Origin: a virus
Lineage: Duplodnaviria > Caudoviricetes
Length of the DNA stretch: 53,267 bases
Virus record (IMG/VR): IMGVR_UViG_3300021517_000162
Coordinates: 1-53,267 of that record
Reading direction: 5' to 3' (one strand)
Of the stretch, positions 26,295 to 35,033 are shown in pieces. Numbering within the stretch: position 1 is the first letter of the stretch; each line of letters begins with the position of its first letter. The position numbers were made by a program, and so were the translations under genes. A model generated the notes under the pieces. That model was not told the DNA's origin. It worked only from the letters and a program-made list of their open reading frames with translations, and ran no database searches.

Positions 26295-27745
26295 GCCGAC
26301 CTCCTCCACTTGTATCGAGATGCAACTATAGGCGACGTTTCCAATGTCTCCTGAACATATACTCGATTATTCCAATGCACAAAATTCCGTAAATGAGCAT
26401 CATACCTATGTATCTCCCTATCCCAAAAATAATACATCTTGGCCTCCACTTTGTCTTGTGATGACCTACACACTCTACCCCTAACTTGACCAAATTGTTG
26501 ACGATTGGTACCCATAGGCGTACCAATAACAACAACACCTACCCTAGGTATATCCAAACCTTGACCAATTGCATTCAAAGTACCACATGAAACCCTCACT
26601 TCTCCACTCTCCATTTGCCTCCGTGTTTCCCTAAATTCTTTCTGAAAATCATACCCCCCAAGCATCAAACCAGAAACTATACCATACTGACCAACCATTG
26701 ATGCGATCTCTTTGCAATGTTCCCTCCTATGGGAGATAAATATCACACTCTCCCCCTTGTGATATTCACGCAAAATAAGGTCTACAATCATCTTGTTTCG
26801 ATCCTCATCCTTAATTATCTCATCTAACAATGTTACAAAATTACTTGTATACTCATATCCCGGAGACTTAAACTGAGTAGGTATAAGATACAAGTCAACA
26901 TCAAGTATATGCCCCGAATTAATCAATACACCCCGCTCTATTTCGGCGGCCACTGAACCAAACAAATCATATATGATCACCTGTTTTCCATCTCTCCTAG
27001 TTTCATCAGCCGATATACCAAGTCGATATTTTGATTTGAAAGGATCTACTGAAGAATATAATGTCGGGGCTGCAAATTTTTGCACTTCATCAGCTATCAC
27101 AAGCCCAAAATACTGAGATACAAGATCATCTACCCCCCTGGAAGCAATCGTTTGCTGCATTGCCAATGTAAATGGTTTGAGATCAAATTGACCACCACGT
27201 ATCCTCCCTATTTGAGAAGAATCGAGTCCAAGCTCCTTTTTTGCCCTTGTCTCCCATTGATCATACAAGTTACCACTCCAAACTATTACAAGGGTAGGTA
27301 ATTTCAACTTTGCAGCCATAGCCAATGCAATTGTACTTTTTCCTGAACCTGTAGGTAAACGCATAAGGCAATTTTGCTTTTCAATGACAGACTGCAATAC
27401 GGGTTCTTGATAGGGGTATAACTGTATTTTGGCATCAGGTATGGCCCCCTTGACCTTTTCAAAGCCCTCCGTACGGAGATCTTGTATCTGAAAGGGTATA
27501 TTATATGCCCTCAAAATTTCACGTATTCTGCGCGCGCTACCCCTTGCAAAACTCATCTCCGTTGGAGATTCAACCCTGTAAGTAACGAGTTTTCTCGGTA
27601 CGGAGCTTTTGAAAGCATACTGAAGTTGCCTCCCATAATCAGGGTTTACATACGTAAAACCCTTACGAAACACTTCTTTTATCTCTGGCCCCAATTCTCC
27701 TATGAGCCGTATCCTGTTGTCGATTTTATACAATAGATGAGTCAT
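26291..27745 (-). CDS. superfamily 2 DNA helicase (UvsW/Rad25-like)
   Basis: LYPYQ Q-motif, PTGSGKS, DEVQ, SA motif III, GLDIP and QVRGRVCR. Confidence 0.92.
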   Translation of the reverse strand: MTHLLYKIDNRIRLIGELGPEIKEVFRKGFTYVNPDYGRQLQYAFKSSVPRKLVTYRVESPTEMSFARGSARRIREILRAYNIPFQIQDLRTEGFEKVKGAIPDAKIQLYPYQEPVLQSVIEKQNCLMRLPTGSGKSTIALAMAAKLKLPTLVIVWSGNLYDQWETRAKKELGLDSSQIGRIRGGQFDLKPFTLAMQQTIASRGVDDLVSQYFGLVIADEVQKFAAPTLYSSVDPFKSKYRLGISADETRRDGKQVIIYDLFGSVAAEIERGVLINSGHILDVDLYLIPTQFKSPGYEYTSNFVTLLDEIIKDEDRNKMIVDLILREYHKGESVIFISHRREHCKEIASMVGQYGIVSGLMLGGYDFQKEFRETRRQMESGEVRVSCGTLNAIGQGLDIPRVGVVVIGTPMGTNRQQFGQVRGRVCRSSQDKVEAKMYYFWDREIHRYDAHLRNFVHWNNRVYVQETLETSPIVASRYKWRRSA

Positions 27746-27768
27746 ACGTTTCTTGCCTTAGACCCAAA

Positions 27769-27797
27769 GATCTATGTCAAGCTTGATATCCTGTCAA
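27769..27797 (-). promoter_or_regulatory. sigma70-like promoter TTGACA-N17-TAGATC for the replication operon, with the operator palindrome in the spacer
   Basis: Minus strand reads TTGACA GGATATCAAGCTTGACA TAGATC. Confidence 0.7.
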
Positions 27798-28273
27798 GCC
27801 TCCCATCCTCCTTTCTCCTGTTCAGCTATAAAAAATCAAATGCACAGTAAGTTATAATATTTTTTTATATCTTATCACTGTTCAATATTATTTCACTATA
27901 CCACACTATGACACTCTATCTCACCATACTATGCTCATCTATCATTGGCATAAAACTTGTTACGCATGCACGCATGATCACGCCTGTGCGTGCGTTAAAT
28001 ATACTTAAAAAAGGTAATTAAGAAAAAGAAGAATAATTTAAAAAGTATATTGTTTAAATAATTATAGTTATTATACTGATAATATTTTTACATTTTTCTA
28101 TCATTATATAGTTAACTTCTCCTTTTCATTAATACATTTACTTTCAAATACAAAATCACTCTGAACAACAACTCTGATCTATTTTTCAAACACTAAAAAC
28201 ATCCTATAAAAATTTTATACTAATTTTTTAGAGTATTTCTTTATATCCCTTCTCCCTTTCAAAGTTTTTTCAT

Positions 28274-28335
28274 ATCGAATTGAAAACTTTGAAAAATGAA
28301 CGAAGTGAATTTTTCGAGTAGTTTTCAATTTCGAT
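28274..28335. repeat. imperfect inverted repeat capped by T-GA-AC-GAA-GT-GA-A
   Basis: ATCGAA TTGAAAACT TTGAAAAAT GAACGAAGTGA ATTTTTCGA GT AGTTTTCAA TTTCGAT. Confidence 0.8.
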
Positions 28336-28338
28336 TTG

Positions 28339-28406
28339 CACTTTTACTTGATTCGGTTAAAAAAATTGGAGCTTTAGCTCTAATTTTTACGAATCAAGTA
28401 AAAGTG
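28339..28406. repeat. long inverted repeat (17-bp perfect outer arms) capped by GAGCTTTAGCTC
   Basis: CACTTTTACTTGATTCG ... CGAATCAAGTAAAAGTG, with inner AAAAATTGGAGC-TTTA-GCTCTAATTTTT. Confidence 0.85.
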
Positions 28407-28795
28407 ACATACTAAGCCCAAAGTCAAATTATAGAGTATTTTCAAAGTATAAATACAAATAAAGCTATTTTCAAAGTATATCCTCTCATATCTCAAAATA
28501 AACCAAGTTATATTTTGCTCTTTCTCCAGTTATTATTTTTACATTATACTATTTTTCTTGATTAATTCACATACTCTCAGTGACAAAGTATTGATTTTTC
28601 TCCAGTTAGTTCTTATTAGATTTGTATCAAACAATTTAAAAAAACGCGCGAGCGTGGGCGCGTGGGCGCGCGCGCCCGATTTTTTTAGCGAAAAACGCTT
28701 AGAACCTACCTAGATTGAGTTATAGGAGGTTTTTGATAGGAGAACGACCCGATACCCGTTTTCGTTCTAAAAACGATTCCTAGATGCCAGAGAAC

Positions 28796-28823
28796 AAAAA
28801 GAAACCGCCTTTGGGAGGCGGTT
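28796..28823 (-). terminator. intrinsic terminator ending the structural/lysis operon
   Basis: AACCGCCT-CCCAA-AGGCGGTT followed by TCTTTTT on the minus strand. Confidence 0.8.
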
Positions 28824-28875
28824 GGGAGACTAGGAGATTCAACCCCTAAAAATTTGTTGTTCAGCTCGTTCGGTC

Positions 28876-29202
28876 TTATTTGTTGTTCAGCTCGGTTGGG
28901 TCGGTTGGGGTGGGTACCTCAAGCTTTGAGTTTGGTCCTGAATGGGAGGTTGGAGATTCTCCAGTCGAAGGTTTGGGTAAATCTACTTTTTTACCTTCCT
29001 CCCTTTTTCCATCCTCCCAAGCAGTAGCAGCAAGATATGCAGCTACAAGTGCAGCCAAAAATTCTTTCACCTCAGAAAAATGAATTTTACCCAAATAAAT
29101 AGCTATAAAAGTACACACAATTGCCACCAAAACAACGATGCCCTTTCGAGATCCTAACATCGCAAGAAGTGGAGACAGTAAAGGTATGATTTTTTTATTC
29201 AT
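28876..29202 (-). CDS. holin-like small membrane protein
   Basis: Two hydrophobic segments and a charged, Pro-rich tail; last gene of the structural operon. Confidence 0.6.
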   Translation of the reverse strand: MNKKIIPLLSPLLAMLGSRKGIVVLVAIVCTFIAIYLGKIHFSEVKEFLAALVAAYLAATAWEDGKREEGKKVDLPKPSTGESPTSHSGPNSKLEVPTPTDPTELNNK

Positions 29203-29711
29203 TATTTTTCTCCTATATTTTTCAAATTATATTGCCCTGAAAATCTACCAAGTTTATCACTAATTTGATTCAGCTGTTTGTGAACAGCTGTCATCTGAAG
29301 TTCCCATTCTTTTCTGGTTACTTGGTCTTTTTTTATATCCTCTACAATTCTACTTGTATTACTAACCTCCGTTTGAAGCTTGATAAGTTCTTGCTTCAAA
29401 CTTGAGTCTTTTTCGTCAAGCGAATCAATATCAGAATCTACTTTTTCAAGTTTCTTTTCAGTGATCATGATCTTTTCCTCCGCTTGTTTGATCATCATGT
29501 CTATACGAATTTTTTCTTGATTAAAAGCATATCTAAGAAGGGCGACATACCCCCCTATAAGAATCGAAAATAGTGTTGTAAGCGCACCGAAAATCATTGT
29601 AAATGTTATCTGTATATTGGGTTCCTCCTTACTTGCATAAGCATTAGAAAATACCCCCCAAGTACACATTAAGAACAATATAATTATCGATATTTTCAGT
29701 GCATTTTTCAC
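29202..29711 (-). CDS. membrane protein with coiled coil (holin/lysis-accessory-like)
   Basis: Signal-like N-terminus, one TM helix, long coiled coil and VTRKEW motif. Confidence 0.55.
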   Translation of the reverse strand: MKNALKISIIILFLMCTWGVFSNAYASKEEPNIQITFTMIFGALTTLFSILIGGYVALLRYAFNQEKIRIDMMIKQAEEKIMITEKKLEKVDSDIDSLDEKDSSLKQELIKLQTEVSNTSRIVEDIKKDQVTRKEWELQMTAVHKQLNQISDKLGRFSGQYNLKNIGEK

Positions 29712-29723
29712 ATCTACCTCCTT

Positions 29724-31337
29724 TTAATATCTCCAACCTATGATTCTCATAGACATAACTGTATTTACAAGTGTTCCACCCAATCCACCCACAAAAAATA
29801 CACCTATACGCAATCTTCTTGGGTTACTTAAACCTCCAGATAAAGGTGTTCTGAGTAATGGTATGTTAATTTGAGAAATCTCTGTACCTCCAACCTGTGG
29901 AATTAACATACCAAAGCCAGGTGAGAAGGTTATAAGTGTGTCAAAAGTTTGAGAGTAGGTAGGTGTCGGTACATCCATAGCTTGGAATACTCTGAATTCA
30001 GGGGTAGCCGTACCCGCTGTACCAGTGACATCATAGGTAAATATTATCTCTGTAAGTAATTCTCGTGCATTAAGTGGAAAAATGTTGGCGATAGAATCAA
30101 GATTGAAATCAAAGGTACTTACTGATACAAATGTACCTATGATAGGAGATGTCAACGCTTGACGAGAATAAACAACATTGGAATTTGCTGATATTGCAGT
30201 CAAATTTGTAGATCCGGTTTGGATACCTCCAGATAGGAGACACACTGAATTATCAGCAGCATCAGCTACGCCTAAACCTCGATATGCAGGGGTTGTGATC
30301 AATGATAAAGGTTGACCTTGCATCGATGGCATTGTAAGCGAAGCCACTGGTACCCCTCGAAAACCGGAGGGGATACGAGGTGCCATACCTGAAAACGCCG
30401 TATATTGACACCATCTAGGCAATCCCCTTGGAAAAACAGCGTAAAGATTCCAAATTCGCGATGCGGAGATACCTCCAGAAAAACCTGGCTCCGAATCTAC
30501 GTACGGATCATATCCATTTAGGATACCTCCGGCTTTCCAATGTTTACAACTTGAGCGTGCAGTGACTTTCAAATTGTAAACCCCTGAACCCGATGATCCC
30601 ACAAGATTACCCGAACCATCTACGTAATTTTCAGGTTCTTCATGAATTGACTTACTAGGAGACTGGATATAATCGGCAACCAAGGGTCTAACATCCCAAC
30701 AAGTTGTGTCATTCCAAGTTGTCGCATTACCCTCAGCAACGCTCACCATCAATGGTAACCAACCATTCGCCAATGCCGGTATACCCGCCCCGGGTGTTCC
30801 AAGTCTAATTCTATATGTTAACCTTGCACTTTGTATTTTTACAATGTTTGGGTTTGGAACAAATATACCCGTAGTTTGATTGTAAATATCTCTATTTTGT
30901 ACTGATAAATCAACATCAATTCGTTGCACTTCTACAATATCCACTCTCCTATTGACGGATGCATTCGGAGTAAAAGTCAACGCACCCGCAAGCTGTATAC
31001 CTGGATCTGTAATAAGCTTGGAAAATGAATCATTTGAGTCATGTGGAGATTCAGGTTGGGTAAATAAACCTACCCCGGGGGTAACAAACAAGTCTGTTGT
31101 ATTGTCCTGAGGTTGACACATAAAACCATTGAGAATAACTGCATTTAATGGCGTTGTGACTGATGATATAAATGCTGCATTTCCATCACTGTTAATTTCT
31201 CGATTGGTTTCTCCTAGGAGCATAAACCGGAGGGCATCCTCCACTCCTGCCCCTAAAAATTGTTGAAGTTGATTAATATCATTTGATACAACACGCTCTC
31301 GCGTGTTCATTTTCATTCGTTTAATTCCACTTGACAT
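29724..31337 (-). CDS. baseplate wedge / fibre attachment protein
   Basis: N-terminal ERVVSNDINQLQ, LFVTPGVG and RRVDIV patterns seen in proximal fibre-attachment proteins; follows the wedge genes. Confidence 0.55.
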   Translation of the reverse strand: MSSGIKRMKMNTRERVVSNDINQLQQFLGAGVEDALRFMLLGETNREINSDGNAAFISSVTTPLNAVILNGFMCQPQDNTTDLFVTPGVGLFTQPESPHDSNDSFSKLITDPGIQLAGALTFTPNASVNRRVDIVEVQRIDVDLSVQNRDIYNQTTGIFVPNPNIVKIQSARLTYRIRLGTPGAGIPALANGWLPLMVSVAEGNATTWNDTTCWDVRPLVADYIQSPSKSIHEEPENYVDGSGNLVGSSGSGVYNLKVTARSSCKHWKAGGILNGYDPYVDSEPGFSGGISASRIWNLYAVFPRGLPRWCQYTAFSGMAPRIPSGFRGVPVASLTMPSMQGQPLSLITTPAYRGLGVADAADNSVCLLSGGIQTGSTNLTAISANSNVVYSRQALTSPIIGTFVSVSTFDFNLDSIANIFPLNARELLTEIIFTYDVTGTAGTATPEFRVFQAMDVPTPTYSQTFDTLITFSPGFGMLIPQVGGTEISQINIPLLRTPLSGGLSNPRRLRIGVFFVGGLGGTLVNTVMSMRIIGWRY

Positions 31338-31349
31338 TGCATAATCTCC

Positions 31350-33020
31350 TTATAGTTCGGGGTCTAAAATGAAATCAAAACCTACACCTCCGGCTTTGAT
31401 TTCGTTGATAGCTGCATAAGCGGTTTGTAGATAACGAGCCCATCCTATAGGAGCTCCGTCATATGCTGTGGGTGAATTGTTTTCACTGCGATCATAGGCA
31501 TTAAATACCTGCACTGGATCGGCCGTTGTGCCGTCATAAGGCATACCAAATTCACCTTCATTGGTCCGCTTAAACCCAATGAAAAAATAACCTCGGAACT
31601 CTTTCAAACTGAAAGGTACTTTCCAATAATCCTCCACTCTCAACGAAGGATCCATGTCATAAGCATAGTTTTTATCGGGGTTTGGAAATGGATCTGGAGG
31701 ATGGGTATCATCTCCAGCTGCGCTACCTCCGGCATCGTAAAACATACCTTGGAAAGACTCTTGCCCCGCTTCTCGAAACGAAAAAGGTATCTCTTTTTCA
31801 GCGAAAATCTTGTTCAAAGTGCGAATGATCGCATTGGGTGAAACAACATCAGCAATTGCCCACACTCTTTGCCTATAGGAGGCATCACTCTCATTTGGGG
31901 CTCTGGAGATGTTTCTTTCGTCTCCCAACATATCAAGCATTCCAATGCGACCGCCCTCTGGTGATAGCTCATTTGTACTGGTTAATTTCACATCAAGTAC
32001 CCATTGAAGTACTCTCCACTCATTGGTACCAACCTCCACTGTGGGTAAATTAGAATAAAAAGTGGAGGTCACTGTTGCTGTGTGACTGGTTGTGTTTCCA
32101 GTTACCAAAGTACCTAAATTTCCCGATATTCTTTGTATAGCAAGTTTTCCATTTCTGTTTGCAAGTACAATTCCATAACCTTGTAAAACACTTGCTGTTG
32201 TAAATGTAAGAAGTTCTCCTACTTGGAAAATACCTGTTGCCCCTGTAATATCAAGAACTTCTTCAATTGCAAAATGAACTTTTCCACCATTAGTAGGTAG
32301 ATTATTTACAATGGTGGGTGTTTCATATAAAACTACTCTCGCTATATTTCCAATGTTTGCCCCTGCTACAAACCTGTAATATTGCCCAATATGAGCGGGT
32401 ACGGGCACATCCGGAAGGTTTCGAGCCGTCAAAACACTCGTCATCGAGTTTGCAACATTGGGTTCGATTGCAGGGGTAAACAATGAAATGGAGGCTCCAG
32501 TATTTTCAAAATTCAATGCTGGTTGAGGCACAAATTTTATCGTACTGGGTAAGGGGTTATTGTATCCAAACCCGGGTTTTTCAGCCTCCGCCTCCACTTC
32601 AAATGGGCCTCTTTCCCCCGGCATAAATACAAGATTTTCTTTGAGAGTATATCTCCGTTCTGTATTGACAACTTCGGGTGAATTTTCACCTGCATCAGTT
32701 GTTTGCTCTTCAAAAAATACTTGCCCTTTAGCAATTACAAGAAGTTTTTCAAAGTATGCACCCCTTGAAATTTTTAACTTCACAGTGGCTTTTCTTTCGC
32801 CTCCGGCGGGTTCATTGGATTGACCACTCCAAGGTATGATATACATTGACTCAAAAGAACGAGAAATCGCCTTAGAAACTCGTTCTAATTGAGCAAAGGC
32901 TTGCTTATAAGCCTCATACCCATGACCTTCGCCTGCAAGCTCTAATCCCGCTGAATAAGCCTTATCTACAAGGCCTTTCCAAGCTTGTTCAAGCTCCTCC
33001 CTTGTAAGATTTGCGCTCAT
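31350..33020 (-). CDS. baseplate wedge protein (gpI/J-related)
   Basis: LDMLGDERNISRAPNESDASYRQR motif; directly downstream of baseplate J. Confidence 0.7.
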   Translation of the reverse strand: MSANLTREELEQAWKGLVDKAYSAGLELAGEGHGYEAYKQAFAQLERVSKAISRSFESMYIIPWSGQSNEPAGGERKATVKLKISRGAYFEKLLVIAKGQVFFEEQTTDAGENSPEVVNTERRYTLKENLVFMPGERGPFEVEAEAEKPGFGYNNPLPSTIKFVPQPALNFENTGASISLFTPAIEPNVANSMTSVLTARNLPDVPVPAHIGQYYRFVAGANIGNIARVVLYETPTIVNNLPTNGGKVHFAIEEVLDITGATGIFQVGELLTFTTASVLQGYGIVLANRNGKLAIQRISGNLGTLVTGNTTSHTATVTSTFYSNLPTVEVGTNEWRVLQWVLDVKLTSTNELSPEGGRIGMLDMLGDERNISRAPNESDASYRQRVWAIADVVSPNAIIRTLNKIFAEKEIPFSFREAGQESFQGMFYDAGGSAAGDDTHPPDPFPNPDKNYAYDMDPSLRVEDYWKVPFSLKEFRGYFFIGFKRTNEGEFGMPYDGTTADPVQVFNAYDRSENNSPTAYDGAPIGWARYLQTAYAAINEIKAGGVGFDFILDPEL

Positions 33021-34126
33021 ATGACCACCACATTGTTCAAGGTTGTTCGCAAAGTTTCGCCTGGACTGGGTAAGAGGTCTCCTACTGGCTCAAGGATCGA
33101 ACCTTCGTCGGCAATCAAACCGTCCGCTTGGAAACGTATAAAAACCGTAGATAAAGCGGCCACATACAAGGGCCCATTAACCGATAAAGAATTCACAAAT
33201 GCCACCACGGAATTACGTATTTCTTCGGTTAATTGCGTTGTATTGACCCCTGCAACAAAATTCAATTTTAACCTTATATTTACGATCTTTGGTATACTAT
33301 TGGATATTAAAACATTAATACCTGCTGCCCTAAATTCGTTCAAAACCGTCTTAACTTGAGCTGCAAGTTGGGTATTGGCTACCCCTGAAGAATCAGCAAT
33401 ATACAATTCTACAATGCGCGCAGCTTCTCCAGTTGGTTCGAGAGACTCGACCGCTTGAGCACTTACAACCCCCGGGGTTGACAATGCCCCAAATTCAATG
33501 GCCCCAAGCGTGCCCCGGCGCACTGTGCGCCAAAATTGTCTTATCAATGCGCGAAATTCTTCATCTTCAAACGCATTCTCCCCTCCAGCTGTGGGTAGAT
33601 CATTATTAATCTGAATATTAGGGTCAAAAATCGTTTCTGGACTGCTAAATCGCCTTATTGTGTTTGCCCCAACTTGTGTTTCTTTACCCGCTTGGGTGGC
33701 CCTCACATCCGCAAATACCTCCAAAGTGGAGCCTCCAAATGTCGCCGTCGTGGTTGTTATATATTGTACCCCAGTGTTTGTTGTAAGAAGCGTGTTTGCG
33801 GGTATTGAACCCGCACCTCCACTTGCAATTGTTCGAAAAAAACGCACTTGACCAAGAGCACTTGTTGCCCCTGGTCTTGTCAATTGGTATCGATCATAAG
33901 CAAAACGATCAAGTTCTTCTCCCTCCGATCCATCAAGGGTCAAATTGGCTATCGAAAAAGCCAATTGATTGATCAAATAATAAGCCAAAACACTCAGTGA
34001 ACCCACGAAAATGTTCACATCTGTGCCCTCCACATCCACATTTGTAGGATCGATTTTTTTCGCTCTTTGAAGCACATAATCTCGACCTATCGCAAACAAA
34101 TCTAATCTTGTAGGTAAATCAGCCAT
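33017..34126 (-). CDS. baseplate J-like wedge protein
   Basis: EGEELDRFA..LTRPGATSALGQVRF..IPANT..AGGENAFEDEEFRA..RRGTLGAIE. Confidence 0.9.
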   Translation of the reverse strand: MADLPTRLDLFAIGRDYVLQRAKKIDPTNVDVEGTDVNIFVGSLSVLAYYLINQLAFSIANLTLDGSEGEELDRFAYDRYQLTRPGATSALGQVRFFRTIASGGAGSIPANTLLTTNTGVQYITTTTATFGGSTLEVFADVRATQAGKETQVGANTIRRFSSPETIFDPNIQINNDLPTAGGENAFEDEEFRALIRQFWRTVRRGTLGAIEFGALSTPGVVSAQAVESLEPTGEAARIVELYIADSSGVANTQLAAQVKTVLNEFRAAGINVLISNSIPKIVNIRLKLNFVAGVNTTQLTEEIRNSVVAFVNSLSVNGPLYVAALSTVFIRFQADGLIADEGSILEPVGDLLPSPGETLRTTLNNVVVI

Positions 34127-34128
34127 AT

Positions 34129-35019
34129 TTAAACCTCCACTGGTACATCAAGACGCACAGCCAAGCCTGTACGCAATTGCACCGCTACGCGGGCATAAAA
34201 TAAACTTGGAACTCTTGAATCTTGATCTATGGTTGCTCGTACTCGCACAGCTTCGGGTTCTCTTGCAATTTGCTGCTCAATATCAGCTATCAAATTCGAT
34301 CGTATACCCGCCAACTGGAGACGTTTTCCATAGGTTTGTATACCAATACCATATTCAGGCATATGAGCAAAACTTTGTTTCATCGATATTATTCGACGAA
34401 TTACGCGTTTTTTGAAAGATGTTATACCCTCATCAAAAGCGTAGTCTCCCAAATCATCTACAACAAATGTTCCAAGGTTTAATGGGTCATCGGGGTTAGG
34501 CAATGGATCAAACATTGCGGCCCTATCCTGTGGAGATGCAAAATCTCTTGATTTGTAGCCTGTTTCAAGTACTGGGCGATTGAGAAGTTTGAAATTAGAG
34601 AAAAAAGTAAAACTTGTAAATGCAACATTGATCAACATGAAAGCTGGAGGTGTGCCCGTGGCTACCCCTGTGACTTTCACAGTATATTTTGCCGGATAAG
34701 GGGTAAATGGTCTATCCGTAATAAGATCTAATTTTGTGGGTTGACCTATGACTTTTTTGACCTCCACAGCTGTAACAGGTCGAACATTCAAACCATCATA
34801 ACCTACTGTACCTTGTACTATTGAAATCAAATATCTCTTCGCATCACTCGCATCATATTTGTCAAAAAGACCTGAAAAATAAGGTACACCAGAAAATGTC
34901 AATCTGAGTATGTTTTCACCCACAGCTATGGCATCAAGTAAATAAAAAGTTCCAAACGGAGACGTTTCTCCTCCTCCCCATGGAAATGTTCCATATTCTC
35001 CTATCCCATATCCAGGCAT
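34129..35019 (-). CDS. baseplate protein with an Ig-like N-terminus and a gp25/W-like C-terminal domain
   Basis: C-terminal KRVIRRIIS..FAHMPEYGIG..IEQQIAREPE; directly upstream of J; GGAG RBS before MPGYG. Confidence 0.7.
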   Translation of the reverse strand: MPGYGIGEYGTFPWGGGETSPFGTFYLLDAIAVGENILRLTFSGVPYFSGLFDKYDASDAKRYLISIVQGTVGYDGLNVRPVTAVEVKKVIGQPTKLDLITDRPFTPYPAKYTVKVTGVATGTPPAFMLINVAFTSFTFFSNFKLLNRPVLETGYKSRDFASPQDRAAMFDPLPNPDDPLNLGTFVVDDLGDYAFDEGITSFKKRVIRRIISMKQSFAHMPEYGIGIQTYGKRLQLAGIRSNLIADIEQQIAREPEAVRVRATIDQDSRVPSLFYARVAVQLRTGLAVRLDVPVEV

Positions 35020-35033
35020 TTTTTCATCTCCTT

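Larger units (their letters stand above)
27800..28795. other. long AT-rich non-coding region, candidate replication origin
   Basis: No ORF of 60 aa or more; very AT-rich; contains long inverted repeats, short direct repeats and CG-alternating tracts; directly upstream of the replication operon. Confidence 0.55.

Noticed and set aside
28852-28894. 17-nt direct repeat ATTTGTTGTTCAGCTCG
   Set aside because: Only two copies; it looks like a local duplication of the holin-like gene's 3' end rather than an array or att site.
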